Origin: Octopus vulgaris
Lineage: Eukaryota
Direction: 5' to 3'
NCBI GenBank assembly: GCA_951406725.2
Contig: OX597815.1
Coordinates: 104,222,001 to 104,286,000, forward strand
DNA length: 64,000 nucleotides
Of this stretch, positions 1-14,950 are shown piece by piece. Each line of letters starts with the position of its first letter. Position 1 is the stretch's first letter. The position numbers were made by a program, and so were the translations under genes. A model generated the notes under the pieces. The model did not search any database and had not been told where the DNA came from. It saw only the letters and a list, made by a program, of their open reading frames with translations.

Positions 1-249
1 GTTGATCCATGAGCAAACGTCGGTAGAGAGTCGAACGCTAATTTTGGATATTTGGCTACTTGCCTTTTAATTTTCTGAATCTGTAATATAAACACCACTC
101 AAGCGTTAGGGTCGATGCAATCCATTACAACTTCCCCGAAGAAGTTGTAGCCTTATACCAAGAAATAATTACTGATTTCTTATATTAATCGAAGGCATCA
201 AACTGCAGCTTCAATTTATATATACGCACATATACGCGTGCGCGCATGG

Positions 250-297
<48 letters not shown>

Positions 298-434
298 CGT
301 TTTGGGATTTGGTTTGCAAGATTCTTTACATGAGTTCATGTTTTGAAGCATATTCTGTTGTGTCTGGGGAGAGTCATTTTCTTTTTTGCCTTATAATTTA
401 ACACACTCACCGGTAAAATTTTCTCTTATTTCTT

Positions 435-519
<85 letters not shown>

Positions 520-522
<3 letters not shown>

Positions 523-2300
523 ATGCAGACCCTCAGCTACATTATTAATTTAAAATTGCAGCCTGAGGCCTTGATACTGTGTTAAAATTTAGAAATTATA
601 TTTTCTAGCATAAGGATATGTCAATATCATGGATATGTCATGGATATGTCATGGATACTAGTGTCACTACGCATGACTAAGGTCTCAATGTGTTGTCAGA
701 ATCATTAAAACATTATTACATGGTCCAAACTCGATAAGACCTGAACTAACCATTATAGTCACAAACAGAATTTTAAGTTATCGACAGGGTTATTCCAAGG
801 TAACATTCTTGACTGCAATTCTTTTTATTCTAGTAGTGAACCCTTTCTCATCTATGTTGAAGAAATTCAAAAGCTACAAGTTAGGATTTACAGAAGAGAG
901 AAAAATTAATGTTTCCTACGACCTGTGAATGACGCTAAGCTGTATTCAAGTTCTATTTATAACAGCAAGAGACAGTAAGTACTGGTCAGAATATTCTCAC
1001 GAGACACAGGAATAGATTTGGCTAGAATAGCGTTTCATATTTAGTAGTCAATCGATGAAAGATTGTTGTCTAGACTTAGAACATTATTGGGATATCTGTC
1101 TCCCCTATCTCTAATGATGAATGCAACAAATTCTTGGAAGTGACAAGAGTATTGCATTCATTGATTAGAGTTATAAAGGAATATTTTAACAAGCTACGGA
1201 AGGTATGGAAGTCAGTGCTTCTAGCTTTCAATAATGATAGTACAAGCATTCGGGATAGAATAGACACTTCAAGGGATCTATAACTTTCACATTAAGATAA
1301 GGAATATACTAATCTCTACTGGTAAGCAGCTCAATATCAACATTGACATTGACTGGATGTATGGTAAGCGGTGGGGTGGGGGCTGAGGTAAAGGCATAAT
1401 GTCAGTCCAAGCGGCCTTTGAAGCTGTATCTTATCTCTCAGATAACACTATTGAAGAGTAAAGGGGAAAATAATACATCTCATCTGATTCAGTAGTGGTA
1501 AAAAAATTACATTATGCGAGTTGGCTAAGAACTCGTGAATTGACAATCTGTGTACAGCGCTTAAATGCGTAGCAAAAGTAATTAGTTTAGCCTACTTAAA
1601 CAGAAACCTAATGAAGAAACACTCAATATATCAGTAGAGAGTTATACAAAGGTGTATATCCCATGGGCTAGATACCAACTTTGACTGGATGAGAAGCATC
1701 TCCTTCACCAGACAGAAAAGCATCGCACCCAACCTAGAAGGATCAAGGAATAATCACCATTTTCCTGGTCGATTAGAAGATTAAAATACCTTCAAATCTT
1801 CTCGCTGTAATAGAATATGGCGATTGTGCCATACCAGTGTAGAGGATATTCACACAGTCGGCAGCCGTCAAATATTATCAGCAAAGTACTACCTCCTTAT
1901 GCCAAAACAATTTACAGTGCTAAGCTTCACAAGCGCACTCAAGAACCAAACTGTACCACCAACTTTAAAGGTATATATATTATTGTTGGAAAATTCCTAT
2001 AAAAACAGCTGTCCTGATATTGTTCTATGGAACAGAGAACAAAATTTATATACTATGTTAGAGGTCAGCTGTTCGGTGGCTGTGAATGTCTCAGCTAAAG
2101 TCGGGGGCAAAAATAGAATCTCTTAGGTGAAGTTACACGAAACTGATAGTGCTTGTATCCAGATTACAGATTTTCATTTGTCCTATATGAAAACAGATTT
2201 GCATTAAAGTTTCTAAATGCTGAGATTTTCCAAGAAAAAAGAAAGTAAACTGACTTTTGTCCTTCCAAATCTATCTGATTAGTGATACAACGAAGGTTTG
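520..2300 (+). mobile_element. Decayed non-LTR retrotransposon with restriction-like endonuclease (R2 superfamily, R4/Dong/NeSL-like)
   Basis: Broken RT remnants near 780-960; zinc-knuckle remnant WRLCHTSVEDIH near 1818; RLE motif PDIVLWNREQNLYTMLEVSC near 2010-2075; many stops and frameshifts; boundaries approximate. Confidence 0.75.
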
Positions 2301-2544
2301 AAAAACATTTTAAAGGTTCTTCATTCGATGTGATCAAACAAACACCTGTATATTAAAGAGACTGTGTACACCTATTACATGAGGGCACTATATCGACACA
2401 TGAACCCAGATATATGCGTCCACTAAGTCACGTATTCACATACTCTTGAGATAGTTTGGACTCAAGTGAAAAAACGATACATTGTTACTGACGAATTGAC
2501 TTCTGCAAAGAATTTAAATGAATAAAAAAGAACAACATATATGC

Positions 2545-2622
<78 letters not shown>

Positions 2623-2735
2623 CATCTCCAAACTTTCTAATATATATATGTGCATCATATTAGGAAACGTATATGTACATATGTAGCTTATAAACACATA
2701 CATTTTTGTTTGTATACAACATTCATAAACATTTG

Positions 2736-2826
<91 letters not shown>

Positions 2827-3220
2827 TGTATGTGTGTATGCGTGTGCATGAAAATATGTGTGTGTGTACATTATATAAGACGAAAGTAAATGCAGACTTT
2901 TATATTTATCTGTTCTTCTGACCAATTAAGTCAAGTGTAAGATGAAGCAATCTTTATACTTCTGGAGATAAATAACAATCTGTGGCCAGTGCTGCTGACA
3001 GGGCTAAATGCGGGAAGTATCAGTTATCGCTGACACTTCCTCTGTCCATCAAATAAGCAAGAATTTCTACACGATTAACTTCAAGTTCATTTGAAATTAT
3101 GCCCTGAACTTCTCACCATCAAGCAATTTAAATAATTACTTTAAAATGCCGGAGGCTGGAAAGTAAAGCCATCTGCGTCATTTTCCAATATCGTAAATGT
3201 AGTTTTTACTGTAGCTCTGC

Positions 3221-3592
3221 TTCTTCTTCTTCTTCTTCTTCTTCTTCTTCTTCTTCTTCTTCTTCTTCTTCTTCTTCTTCTTCTTCTTCTTCTCCTCCTT
3301 CTCCTTCTTCTTCTCCTCCTTCTCCTCCTCCTCCTCCTTCCTCCTCCTTCTCCTCCTTCTCCTCCTTCTCCTCCTTCTCCTCCTTCTCCTCCTTCTCCTC
3401 CTTCTCCTCCTCCTCCTTCTTCTTCTTCTTCTTCTCCTCCTCCTCCTCCTTCTCCTCCACCTCCTTCTTCTTCTTTTCCTCCTTCTCCTACCGCCTTCTT
3501 TTCCTCTTCCTCCTCTTCTTCTCCTTCTTCTTTTCCTCCTTCTTCTCCGTCTTCTTTGTCTTCTTCTTTGTCTTCTTTTTCTTCTTCTTTCA
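3221..3592. repeat. (TTC)n/(CTC)n polypyrimidine microsatellite tract
   Basis: About 370 bp of almost pure C/T on the + strand. Confidence 0.95.
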
Positions 3593-4490
3593 CATTATGT
3601 TGTAAATGGTGGTAGTGTTTATTTGCGTTTATGGCGGGGGGATTTATTGTTTAATCTTCTGCTACTTTGAAATAGTCACTAAAATTACTGATTTTGATCA
3701 ATAGCTTAAACACGCAGGTACGTAGATTAGTGGGAATTCAAAAGAGCCATTTGACGACTTGTCATGTTTTCGACGTACGAACCAGTACTTAAATATTTTA
3801 GCATAGTAAAGCTATTTACTGGTGACTCCACTGCAATTACTAATGATTGGCATTACCAACACTACCGAACTGCCACCATTACAAGGTATTCTGGTGCGGT
3901 ACGAAAATCTCTTGAAAAGTGAAAGTCACGTACACATATACATATATACTTAAGTGTAATTGCGATAGCTTTAAATTTATACTGGCAATTGTAGACATCA
4001 TCTTTTATGATGATTATCTATTTTATATTGACATTCACATAAATCAGAATAACTGCTCCTTTCTCATAAGCAAGAAGCAATGTCTTGGCTAATTATAAAT
4101 ATTAAAACACTCGAGTTTCTTCGAGACATTTCGTTATGAGACTTTTAACAACCGATTTATTTTGCATTTATATTGGCGATATAGATGGAATCGTTAAATT
4201 TGTATCAGCAATGAATTCGAGTGTAAAGAAAACAAACAACACAATCAAAGACCATCAAGCTGTACTTGTTAGTAAATTTCGAAATTTGTACAAACATCTT
4301 GAAATCTAGTAGAACAAATTTTAGACAACTGCCTTGCCCTTGATTCCAGTAAACTATTCAAAGAATTGATTTTGTATTTAGATTTGTATGAATCAAAATT
4401 ATGGCCATGTACATGAACAAAAGAGGCGAATCAATTCGCCTGGGGATAGGATTATTTCAAATATTCAAATTTAATTTTAAATCAAAGAAT

Positions 4491-4939
<449 letters not shown>

Positions 4940-5009
4940 TCTATTATAGGCACAAGGTCTGGAATTGGAGAGTACTTATTTTATCGATCCCGAAAAGATG
5001 AAAGGTAAA

Positions 5010-5680
5010 GTCGTGCACTGATGCTGATTCAGGGATTGCAATTTATCCTGGGCCAGTATGCATTTTGTTCAGCTTTATGTTCTGGTAGCATAGGGCTTGG
5101 AATTTTCCAGCATTAAACCGCATAGTATTGTCCTCAATCCATCTGTATATTGCGTCCAACTTATGTTGCAAGTATGCAACACCTCCAAGGTTTTTTTTTA
5201 ATTCTTTGCGAGACTTTTGTATTGTCTGCATAGCTAGCAAGGGTAGGTATCTGTGCAATTAGCGACATGTCTACGAGGGACATTATAATTAGCAGTGTCC
5301 CTGAGATAGTATCCTGTGGATGCCACTCAATTTCTATATTTCCTGAGAAGTTGCTCCATTGCCTGACTTCTATCTTTTAAAAAGTCGTGTAGCCACTCTC
5401 CAAGTTTTCTATGCCGAGATCACGCAGCTTGTGACAAATCGTACCATGGTCAGTTTTATCACGTCCACATTTAAGTTGTTGATCAGCTGCTTTAACACTT
5501 TGTTGTAGTACTGTAAGAGCATTGTCTGGCAGCTTCTACTTCGTTGAAAATTATGCTAAGTATCAGTCAGCAAGTCATTTTCTTCAAGGGATGCAAAGAT
5601 ACGGATTCAAAGAATCGTGTGGCTATTCAGTAAGCTCCTCCTACTTAAGGTTTAACTGTTAATGTAACCAAGATATTTTG
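5010..5680 (-). mobile_element. Decayed CR1/L2-group LINE RT fragment
   Basis: LQHKLDAIYRWIEDNTMRFNAGKFQ resembles LQSDLYAVSQWADRNKMQLNEGKFE in the intact LINE at 31-33 kb. Confidence 0.7.
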
Positions 5681-5873
5681 GTGATCTGATGAGCTACCTT
5701 TCTTTGAATATAAAATTGCATAGTATAATGCCTCGCATTAACGCAAACATGTATGTATAATTTCTCGCACACTGAAATTAATACATGAAGATGGTTGCAA
5801 AATGGCTGTAATCCTATGGAAGTCATTTGGTTAAGTAAATCTATATTCACCTCTCATAACTCCTACTTTATGC

Positions 5874-5936
<63 letters not shown>

Positions 5937-6019
5937 TAATGTGTACATTATCATTATAAAGTAAAATTCAGTTTCTATTACCGTTATAAAGTCAAATATT
6001 TCATAATTAATTTAGATTG

Positions 6020-7400
6020 AAGGTTTCAACAAGACTTCCGTAATTAAAGTCCATTTGCGCTTCTTTCTGGTCAGACACGAAGCGGAGCAAGGCAGGAGGA
6101 TGACCGATGCGATGTAGGCATTTGCCACCTTCGCCCGAGCCTTCAGAGCAATTTCCTTTCAATCCATTTCTGTGTAAATCTAGCCACCCTGCTCGTCGCA
6201 TCTTCCCAGTTCTTGTCGACCGAAAAGTCTGAAACAAACCAAATCGCAAGCAGTTGAACAGTTCTGTCTTTCCATTGGCTAACGACGTTTGTTGGATGTT
6301 TTGGACCTACCTTACCAGGTGCTGAGTTGCAGACCTAACGACTTCTCCTGGTTATTTATTTTTTTTTTTGCCCCTGTCGCTACTTCGTACTCCTTTAGAG
6401 TAGTGCCGATCACCACGATACATTTGGTGTCCGACACTATTACGGCGACGTCGACCGAATATGCAAACGCGAATTTTCCACATTCTAGTTCTCGAGGTAT
6501 AACCCTCAAAATCTCCAACTTCTGCAGCATTGAGTCTAGAGTCAATACATTCAGAAGAGAAGAGATGGAATACCCTTGACAAGCCAACTGAGTGATACTG
6601 TGTGATTCCGACAGGTGGCCATTTATTCTGACCACCAAGTAAATGTCACTGCACATTGTTGCGATTCAGCCATAGAAGACGGGACCGAAACCAACCACCT
6701 TCAGGATAGACGCCGAGAATTGATAGCCCGTCCTATCCAAGGATTTCAACTGATCTAAATCGATCAAGGATCCACCCAGGTCAGGTTCTTTCTATGATGT
6801 ACAGCGTGAGGTGGAGTTTATCGTTGATAGATTTGTTTGCTATGGCACATGTCTGAAGCTCACCCACCAAAGTATCGATGGCAAGAGCCAGCCTCTAAGT
6901 TGAGCTTTAGTCAAAATCTAAGCTTTAGTCAAAATCGTCAACTTTGCATTTAGCTAAACTATAAGCCTGAAGTTGTGAAAACCGTACCCCTTATTTCGGT
7001 CCTTTCTTAGCAGTGCATCTTGTCGTCACTTCTCGTATCCATCAGCTGTTGCTTTTCAGAAAACTCCACATCTCCAGTCGAAAGCTACGGTAATATCAAC
7101 TACTAATTCCGGTTCACTGCCCACCCCGAACAGTTGAGCGAAGTTCCTTTGAAAATCCGCACACATCTTCTTGGAAACGAGTAGCACGCATATTTCCCGA
7201 TCGTCAAAAACCGACTAATAGCCTTGTTGCTGCGATGCCATCTGCGATTCGTGACTTCACTCTAAAATCACAACTTTTGAGCTTAGCGTTAAAGAATTTG
7301 TCAAGGAGCAATCTCGTCACTAGCACGTCAATCACAATACCTTCTTGGAGCCCGTCTTCTAGGTTCTGAGCTAGCTATCCCTCTGCTCTAGAACTCTCTA
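6020..7400 (-). mobile_element. Decayed L1/Tx1-clade LINE ORF2 fragment
   Basis: ACQGYSISSLLNVLTLDSML and FAYSVDVAVIV correspond to the RQGCPLSPLLY and AYADD RT motifs; frameshifted. Confidence 0.75.
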
Positions 7401-8344
7401 TCTCAATTTCCTAACTAAATTTAATTGATTCTAATTTTATAGCCTTTTTCAGCGCAGACCTCCATCAGCTATTGACGATTGTCCCCGTCAGCCACCTCTT
7501 AGTTCTCTAATCTGGTGTCTGTAAATGTGGCATACCCAAGATGTATTCAGTTTCCCGTAATGTTATCCTTGTCTATGCAACCTACCTAGGTCGACCGACA
7601 ACTTTAAATTGTGAACAACCTATGCTACCCCTGTCTACTGTCCTACAGAATACCCTATCTAGATATGATCTAGATGACCCGATTTCTATTTGCCAATATC
7701 CACATTGGCGCGTTACTTTCTTTTCGTTGAGGTAGGTGTTAATGATGGTCGAGTTTTTAATATGGATTTTCCTGTGTTTGGTGTGGGTGTTGCATTGATG
7801 CTTTTGTGATTGTGGTTCGTTTTAAGAAAGTGTACCTTTTTTCAACAAGGGCTTCACTTGTGAAAAGACCTCAACCTTACCGAACTACTTTGCTCTGGTT
7901 ACATGCTCTATGTTTGCCCATGTATATTTGAAGACACTTTATTCTAGGCGTCAGATTTTTGCCGACACATTTATACCGCAACGTTTTCCGTGCAGTTGCA
8001 ATCAAAACTTTAACTGGGTTTGCATCTTACACCCTCCTTACTTATTTTCACAAACTTTTCAGCTTGTGTCTGGCGTGTCTCCTTTTATTTAGGGAGAACC
8101 AGATGTATGTATGCTGTATGAATTTCACTGTTATAGTAACCTACCCGTGAAGTCGCCTCAACCACTTACTTTGTCGTCGTTGTTGCTGTTACAGCTGCTG
8201 CTGTTGCTGTTGTTGTTGTTGTTAGTGCTTTCGCTGTTGTTGCTGTCACCAATGTTGTTGTTATTGCTGCTGTCACTGCTGCCATAACAACAACTGCAAC
8301 CAACCATGACAACATAAATCCTTTTAATATATGAAACGCCTAAA

Positions 8345-8520
8345 GGCAGTGGGCTGACAGAATCGTTAAGCACGTCGGGTAAAATGCTGAGCAGCATTTT
8401 GTCCGTCTTTACGTTTTGAGTTCAAATTCGGCCGAGGTTAACTTTGCCTTTCACTAGGGTCGATGTAATCGACTTACCCCTTCTTTCGGAATGTGATGGC
8501 CTTGTGTGAAAATTTTAGAC
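8345..8520 (+). mobile_element. SINE family B (tRNA-derived, MetaSINE-like core), decayed
   Basis: B-box GAGTTCAAATTC followed by GCCGAGGT..ACTTTGCCTTTCA; part of the core is deleted. Confidence 0.8.
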
Positions 8521-8749
8521 TAATATATGAAACCCTATAAATGGCATAACTTCTTTCCGACTAAGGTTCTCTCTATCAACAACAAATCGACAGCTTCCAC
8601 AGTGCGCCACATGCAACCAGCCAGTGTATGCCATTTGTGCGATATATATATTAACGAGATGTAGGTACGGTATATAGGGAACTATGGAAGCGCGGGATGC
8701 ACTTGGTCGTCTGGCTGAATACCAACTTAGTAAGGGTCTACGCAATACT

Positions 8750-8955
8750 CATTTCAAATTTTGGTACAAGGCCAACAAGTACGGAGAAGGGAAGGAATTA
8801 ATTACAAAGACCCCAGTGCTCAACTGGTACTTATTTTATAGACCCTTAAAGGATGAAAGGCAAAGTCGACCTCCGTGGAATTTGAACTCAGAACGTAAAG
8901 ACGAACGAAATGCTGCTTAGTATTTTCCCCAGCGTGCTAACGATTCTGCCAGTAT
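8750..8955 (-). mobile_element. SINE family B
   Basis: GGATGAAAGGCAAAGTCGACCTC..GGAATTTGAACTCAG = reverse complement of the family B core. Confidence 0.85.
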
Positions 8956-8986
8956 GCAATATTAACAAAGAATAGCATTTATAACA

Positions 8987-9372
8987 GGCGTAGGAGTGGC
9001 TGTGTGGTAAGTAGATTGCTTACGAACCACATGGTTCGGGGTTCAGTTCCACAGCGTGGCACCTTGAGCAAGTTTCTTCTACTATAGCCTCGGGCCGACC
9101 AAAGCCTTGTGAGTGGATTTAGTAGACGGAAACTGAAAGAAACCCGTCGTATATATGTATGCATGTGTGTGGGGGGTGTATGTTTGTGTGTCTGTGTTTG
9201 TCCTCCCAACATCGCATGACAACCGGTGCTGGTGTGTTTACGTCCCCGTAACTTAGTGGTTCGGCAAAAGAGACCGATAGAATAAGTACTAGGCTTACAA
9301 AGAATAAGTCCTGTGGCCGATTTGCTAGACTAAAGGCGGTGCTCCAGCATGACCACAGTAAAAGAGTAAAAT
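8987..9372 (+). mobile_element. SINE family A, full length (tRNA-derived head, internal microsatellite, 3' tail)
   Basis: A-box TGGCTGTGTGG, B-box GGTTCAGTTCC, conserved body and tail shared with more than ten copies in the window. Confidence 0.9.
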
Positions 9373-11184
9373 AGTAACAATACAGTGTTTGAAATCAACG
9401 TGTGTTATTGAAACTGATTTCCCCCTCTTTCATTTCATGTAAAATTTAGAAATGAAACATTGGGACTGGAAACACGAAGGAATATGAAAAACCAGCCAAG
9501 CAACTGAATTCCCACTTGCTTGAGACATTTTTTAAGTAGTCGAAATCTGGAACTTAACGAGATATCTGTTAGTGATTTCCATTTTTTTAACCTCAGCATA
9601 ATGAGCAAGGCACTAAAATTGTCACGTTTTACTATCAGCTTTTTAAGAAAAGCGAATATCAAAATTGTTTTAAAAGAAAGACAAGCACACACACACATAG
9701 CAGTTTGCTCTAAAGGAAAATACATACACAGGTGTGGTGCAAAAGACTCAAGTTTTCTTAATATCCTGGAATTTTCTGAGTAACCTGAAAAAATCTCGAC
9801 ACACGTGCGGCTATTACGCGACGCACTGTCTATAAACGTGTTTTATACTATTGTTGCTTACAAAACATCTTTCTCAGTACGTGATATAACTGCTCGAGAG
9901 AAATATTAGTTATTAAAAGCATTTGATTACTTCGTAAATGAAGTTTTAAAACGTCGATCACTCTTTTGAATATTAATTTGATCAGTCACAGCTTAACTTC
10001 AGTGGTCCGTTGTGAACTGTTATTTTCGGCGCCAATTGGCTGTGAGACTATGAAGTAACTAGTCGCCTATTTCATGAATAAATCGATCGATGGGTGATCA
10101 TTATTTGCTATTTTGACTTGTTCGGTGTCGATGACCTTTGCCAAGAATTTCACCCCAGCCAAAATATACTTGAATCTATTTCTCGAAGAAACTACTAACG
10201 TTTATTCGCTGTCATACTAATTTATTTCCGATCACTTGCATCACTATGCAACTTAGGTGAAGTCTTAAATTTATGCTATTTCGTTTCAACGGAGCTGAAC
10301 TTCTGCTGTCATTTATATTGTTATTAAATAAGAAATGTAGCTGCTGTGTCATTACAGATACATAATTCTGTAACTTCTCAATTCTTTCCGCTTTTGAGCA
10401 GCAAATCTTACTTATGTAGACTCATTAAAAGAAGTTAACCCAGTGGAAATTATTTTAAAATTTTGCATTCGATCTACAGAATTACAAAATTGTTCGAGAT
10501 AACACCACATATTTATAATTTTTTTAGTTATTAATAACTATAAAGCTCCTCTAATATCTCCAGAGAATGTTAAATATTCTTAATTGTGTGCTTCTAGTGT
10601 CAATATCTACTTAAATATCTACTATTTACAACAATTTATCGAATCGTCAACATAAGTGGAGCGGACATATGCAAATCTGAAATGTCAATGTTTCCAGACG
10701 ACTGAATGTGATACCTTTTGCAAATATGTTATTTTACAACCCACTTTCGTGATTTTGACATGTTTCATTATCGAATTTATTTATTCATTTTTATCCTTTT
10801 GTTTTTTTAATTAATGGCTTGTTATGAAAGCATGTTTAAATGAGCGTTTTGAAACTAAACTAATTAGGTTCAATGTTTCCTTAATTAGTTCGGTAACGTT
10901 TTCATTTTAATTAGACTAATTTTGACACCCACCTTCTATTATGAAATATTCAATTATTGGAGATTATATGCATTAAAAGTTATAATGGCATTTATTGAAC
11001 TATTTATGTAGATAGCTTAATGACTAACTGAAGAGGTTGCTATCATAATTCTCTCGTCTCATTGTTCATGAGTTCGATATACACTTAACTTGTTGCTTAG
11101 TCTCACATAGCCTTGATTAAGCAGACCTATAGCCAAAGTGCAGCTTTCTACATTCCTGCCTTCGCCACTGCCATCAACAATAAT

Positions 11185-11392
11185 CCTTTCTATTAAAGAT
11201 ACAAGGCCCGAAATTCGGAGAGAAGGTGCTGGTCGATTACATAGACTCGAATGTTTGACTAGTACTTAATTTATCGACCCCGAAAGGATGAAAGTTGACC
11301 TCAGAGGAATTTGAACTCAAAACGTAGCGACAAACGAAACACTGTTAAGCATTTCGTCCAGCGTGCTAACGATTCTGCCACTTCACCGCCAT
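11185..11392 (-). mobile_element. SINE family B
   Basis: TTTATCGACCCCGAAAGGATGAAAG core and CGTGCTAACGATTCTGCCA head in reverse orientation. Confidence 0.85.
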
Positions 11393-12054
11393 CAACAAAA
11401 ATATAAGCATTATTACTTTCTGCCAAAATTAGTCGCATTTTCTACGAGAAGGATTCGTAATTAATAGGTCACGAAACGGAAGGCTCCTTAGACCGGAGCT
11501 TATCAGGATTTCCATGGAGTATAGGCGACAGAAAATTTACAATACATACTTTTCCACCTACCCGTGAACTGGATGCCGTCAGATCTTCATTTTCAGTTGA
11601 GTGGACGAGAGCAACATGAAATATAGTAGGGTTTTTTTGTTTTGTTTTTTCTCAAGAACACAAGACACTGTCCGGTCAAGAAATCGAAACCGCAAACTTA
11701 AGATCGTAAGTTTAACACCCGTAACCACTAGACCATGAGCTCTGTAGTTAATAAGGATTACTATACAAAACACAAGGCGGTATTTCAGAAAAATTATGTA
11801 AGTAATATATTCTAAGTAAATGTGCGCCAATACTCGATTCGTTTAGTAGCAGTTATCGTCGTTGTCCAGGATGATGGTGGATATTGACGGAAGGTGACTT
11901 GAAAGAATTTAGAATTTAGAATCAAAATTAAAGTTACAAAAAAAAGCAAAAAACAAACAAAGCCATTTATTGGGAAAAGGTTGTAAGGAGCATGCCCAAA
12001 TTGCGGGACTTAGTTACTATTAGTAGTGCTGCTACTGCAGCTAATAATAATAAT

Positions 12055-12265
12055 GGTTTCAAACTTTGGCACAAAGCCAGCAGTTTCGAGGAAGTGTTAA
12101 GTCGATTGTATTGACCCCTGTATTCAGTTGGTATTTATTTTATCGATGAAAGGTAAAGTTGACCTCAGCGACCTCGGCGCAATTTGAACTCAGAACATAA
12201 AGACAGACGAAACGCCACTAAACATTTTAGCCGTCACGGTAACTATTCTCTCAGCTCGCCGCCCT
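12055..12265 (-). mobile_element. SINE family B, decayed
   Basis: Same core and head in reverse orientation, flanked by (TAA)n. Confidence 0.8.
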
Positions 12266-12791
12266 TAATAATAATAATAATAATAATATTAATAATAATA
12301 ATAATAATAATTTAGTATAAAAGATGGGCTACAACAAATATTTTGCTCAATCCCACAGACTTTTTGTTAGTTGCTTGATATTAACCAATTGAGCATTGTC
12401 CCTTGGTGGCCGACAATATGTGCATCTCTGACCATGAGCAGGAGTAATTTGGGTGCATCATTTCTATGTGTTGAGAGGGATTCTTTTGGGTTTGAATAAT
12501 TCACCTTTGGAAACATGGACGTTTCGTTCATCATCCTTAGACAACCCTTATTCAAGGACCTTTTGAGCAGGATGAGCTACTCGACCTGAATAAAAATCTA
12601 ACAGGGTCCCACTCGCAAGGTCATGTGCTGTTTATCTTGATATGAGATCTCCATGTCCGCACATATGATTGGGATGCATGTTCCTGGTGTGCCCTAATCA
12701 GACGGGTAGTTGCGATGGTTATTATTAGGTTTGATATATTTGTACCCCAGTGTCACTTTGATGGTATGCGCTACTCTATCACTCAATAACT

Positions 12792-13195
12792 CTTTTACTC
12801 TTTTACTTGTTTCAGTCATTTGACTGCGGCCATGCAGGAGCACCACCTTTAGTCGAACAAATCGATCCCAGGACTTATTCTTTGTAATCTTAGTACTTAT
12901 TCTACCGGTATCTTTTTGCCGAACCACTAAGTTACCGGGACGTAAACAACCAGCACCGGTTGTCATGCGATGTTGGGGGGAACAAACACAGATACAAACA
13001 TATATACACACATGTATATATTTACATATATACGACGGGCTTCTTTCAGTTTCCGTCTACCAAATCCACTCACAAGGCTTTGGTCGGCCCGAGGCTATAG
13101 TAGAAGGAACTTGCCCAAGGTGCCACGCAGTGGGACTGGACTCGGAACCATGTGTTTGGTAAGCAAGCTACTTACCACACAACCACTCATGCTCC

Positions 13196-13196
<1 letters not shown>
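12792..13196 (-). mobile_element. SINE family A, full length
   Basis: Reverse complement of the copy at 8987-9372. Confidence 0.9.
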
Positions 13197-13251
<55 letters not shown>

Positions 13252-14747
13252 GCAATATTAACAATAACTAGAGAGATAATTTATAAGTATAAGTGTAGCA
13301 AGTGTACGAGAACCAACTTGCGTATTTATGAATTGATTTCTATTATGTGCGCAGATAACATAATTGCTTTTTTTTTTTTAATTAACACTAGAAAACTTTA
13401 ATGTACAATTGTGACTTTTCATTAAATGTTAGTATCATTATACACATGCAGCATTCTTTAGTAGTTCTTGACAAAGCAATATGTAATTATCATGTTATCG
13501 CGTATGGGTGAATGGAAGTTCAAAGTATTTTTCAAAGTCAAGACGAGCGTGACCAGCAGACAAAGTATTATTTTTTATTATAATGCTATCTCAGCTAAAT
13601 ATATTTCACATTTTCTGGCGATATAATTTTCCTCGTTAAATTGGTATGATCGTTTAGTGATAAGCTACTTTATAAAATGAGCTCTGGATCCAAGTTTGCT
13701 GCCTTAACCGACACCGGAAATTCAATGGATATTATAATTAACATTGTATTTTCTTGTACGAAATTGTATATCGAACATTGAGACATTGGACTTCTTGACA
13801 CAAATAAAATGAAAATTAATTTATGGATCAACAAGTTTGTTGTGGGTTAATTAATAATAAAGACTCGAGAAACTGTTAAGTATACTGTCACTTCTACAAA
13901 AACAAAAGACTGAAAACTTGTCTTTAGTAATCTTATATATGAAAACTACATTTATTTACAAATTTGCTTCGAGTTATGAATTAATTGGAAGAATTTTCAT
14001 TTCGAGTGGACTATATAATGTTTCATTTTACATCAAGCATATTTGGGAAGATCCATTGTATTCTAAGAATATTATAATCATATCAAGATTTGTAATCTCG
14101 AAGAATCGTGTTAGATTGAAACAGTAATAGAAAGGTGATTATTTATTTGTTCCCTAGAGATGAAAAGATAATAAATGTAAAGAAGGTGAAAGATTAAACT
14201 TCTATTCTAAACTGACAAGAATTGTTAGATTTAAATTAGATTTAATGGTTGTAGGTGCTGATCCGATTAAGATAGTAAGGGTTACAGGGAGGTGAATAAA
14301 ATTGTGGCACTGAAGCAGCGGCAAAAGAATAAATGAATATTCATAACACGATAAAATTAATCGTAATGTGTTGCAAGACCAGTGAATTAAGAATGTTTGC
14401 TTCAGTTGTTAAAAGTATCAGAAGACGTCAACATGCAACTCGGGTAGTTTAGTCTTACATCAAGCCTGGCTGAGCATGCCTATGATCAAAGGCAACCAAG
14501 CCATGACCATCCCATATGTTTCGAATGTTTCGTCAAGCCGAAATCAAAAGAACAAGGTGCATTAAATTCCGATGTTCTTGCAACTAGTATCCTTTTTTTT
14601 TATGGAACTATATTTTCATATTCAAACACAATAATAAAATGGAAGACCTTCACTGAAAATATTCCTGCTGTCTTTGCTATCTATGACCCCTGTATCTCAG
14701 TCTACATATGCTCTACATAGACATATACCTTTTCTCTTTCGTTTTTT

Positions 14748-14950
14748 ATTCTACTCTAGGTACAAGGCCCGAAATTTTGGGAAAGGGGGGCAGTCTATTA
14801 GATCGAGCTCAGTCTGCAACTGGTACTAAATTTATCGACCCCGAAAGGACAAAAGGCAAAGTCGACCTCGGCGGAATTTGAACTCAGAATGTAAAGACAG
14901 ACAAACTACTGCTAAGCATTTCCCCCGGCGTGCTGACGTTTCTGCCACCT
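14748..14950 (-). mobile_element. SINE family B
   Basis: Core TTTATCGACCCCGAAAGGAC...GTCGACCTCGGCGGAATTTGAACTCAG. Confidence 0.88.

Noticed and set aside
8158-8397. Asn/Ser-rich ORF with a GTAAGT near its end
   Set aside because: Degenerate trinucleotide repeat overlapping a SINE; no acceptor or homology evidence
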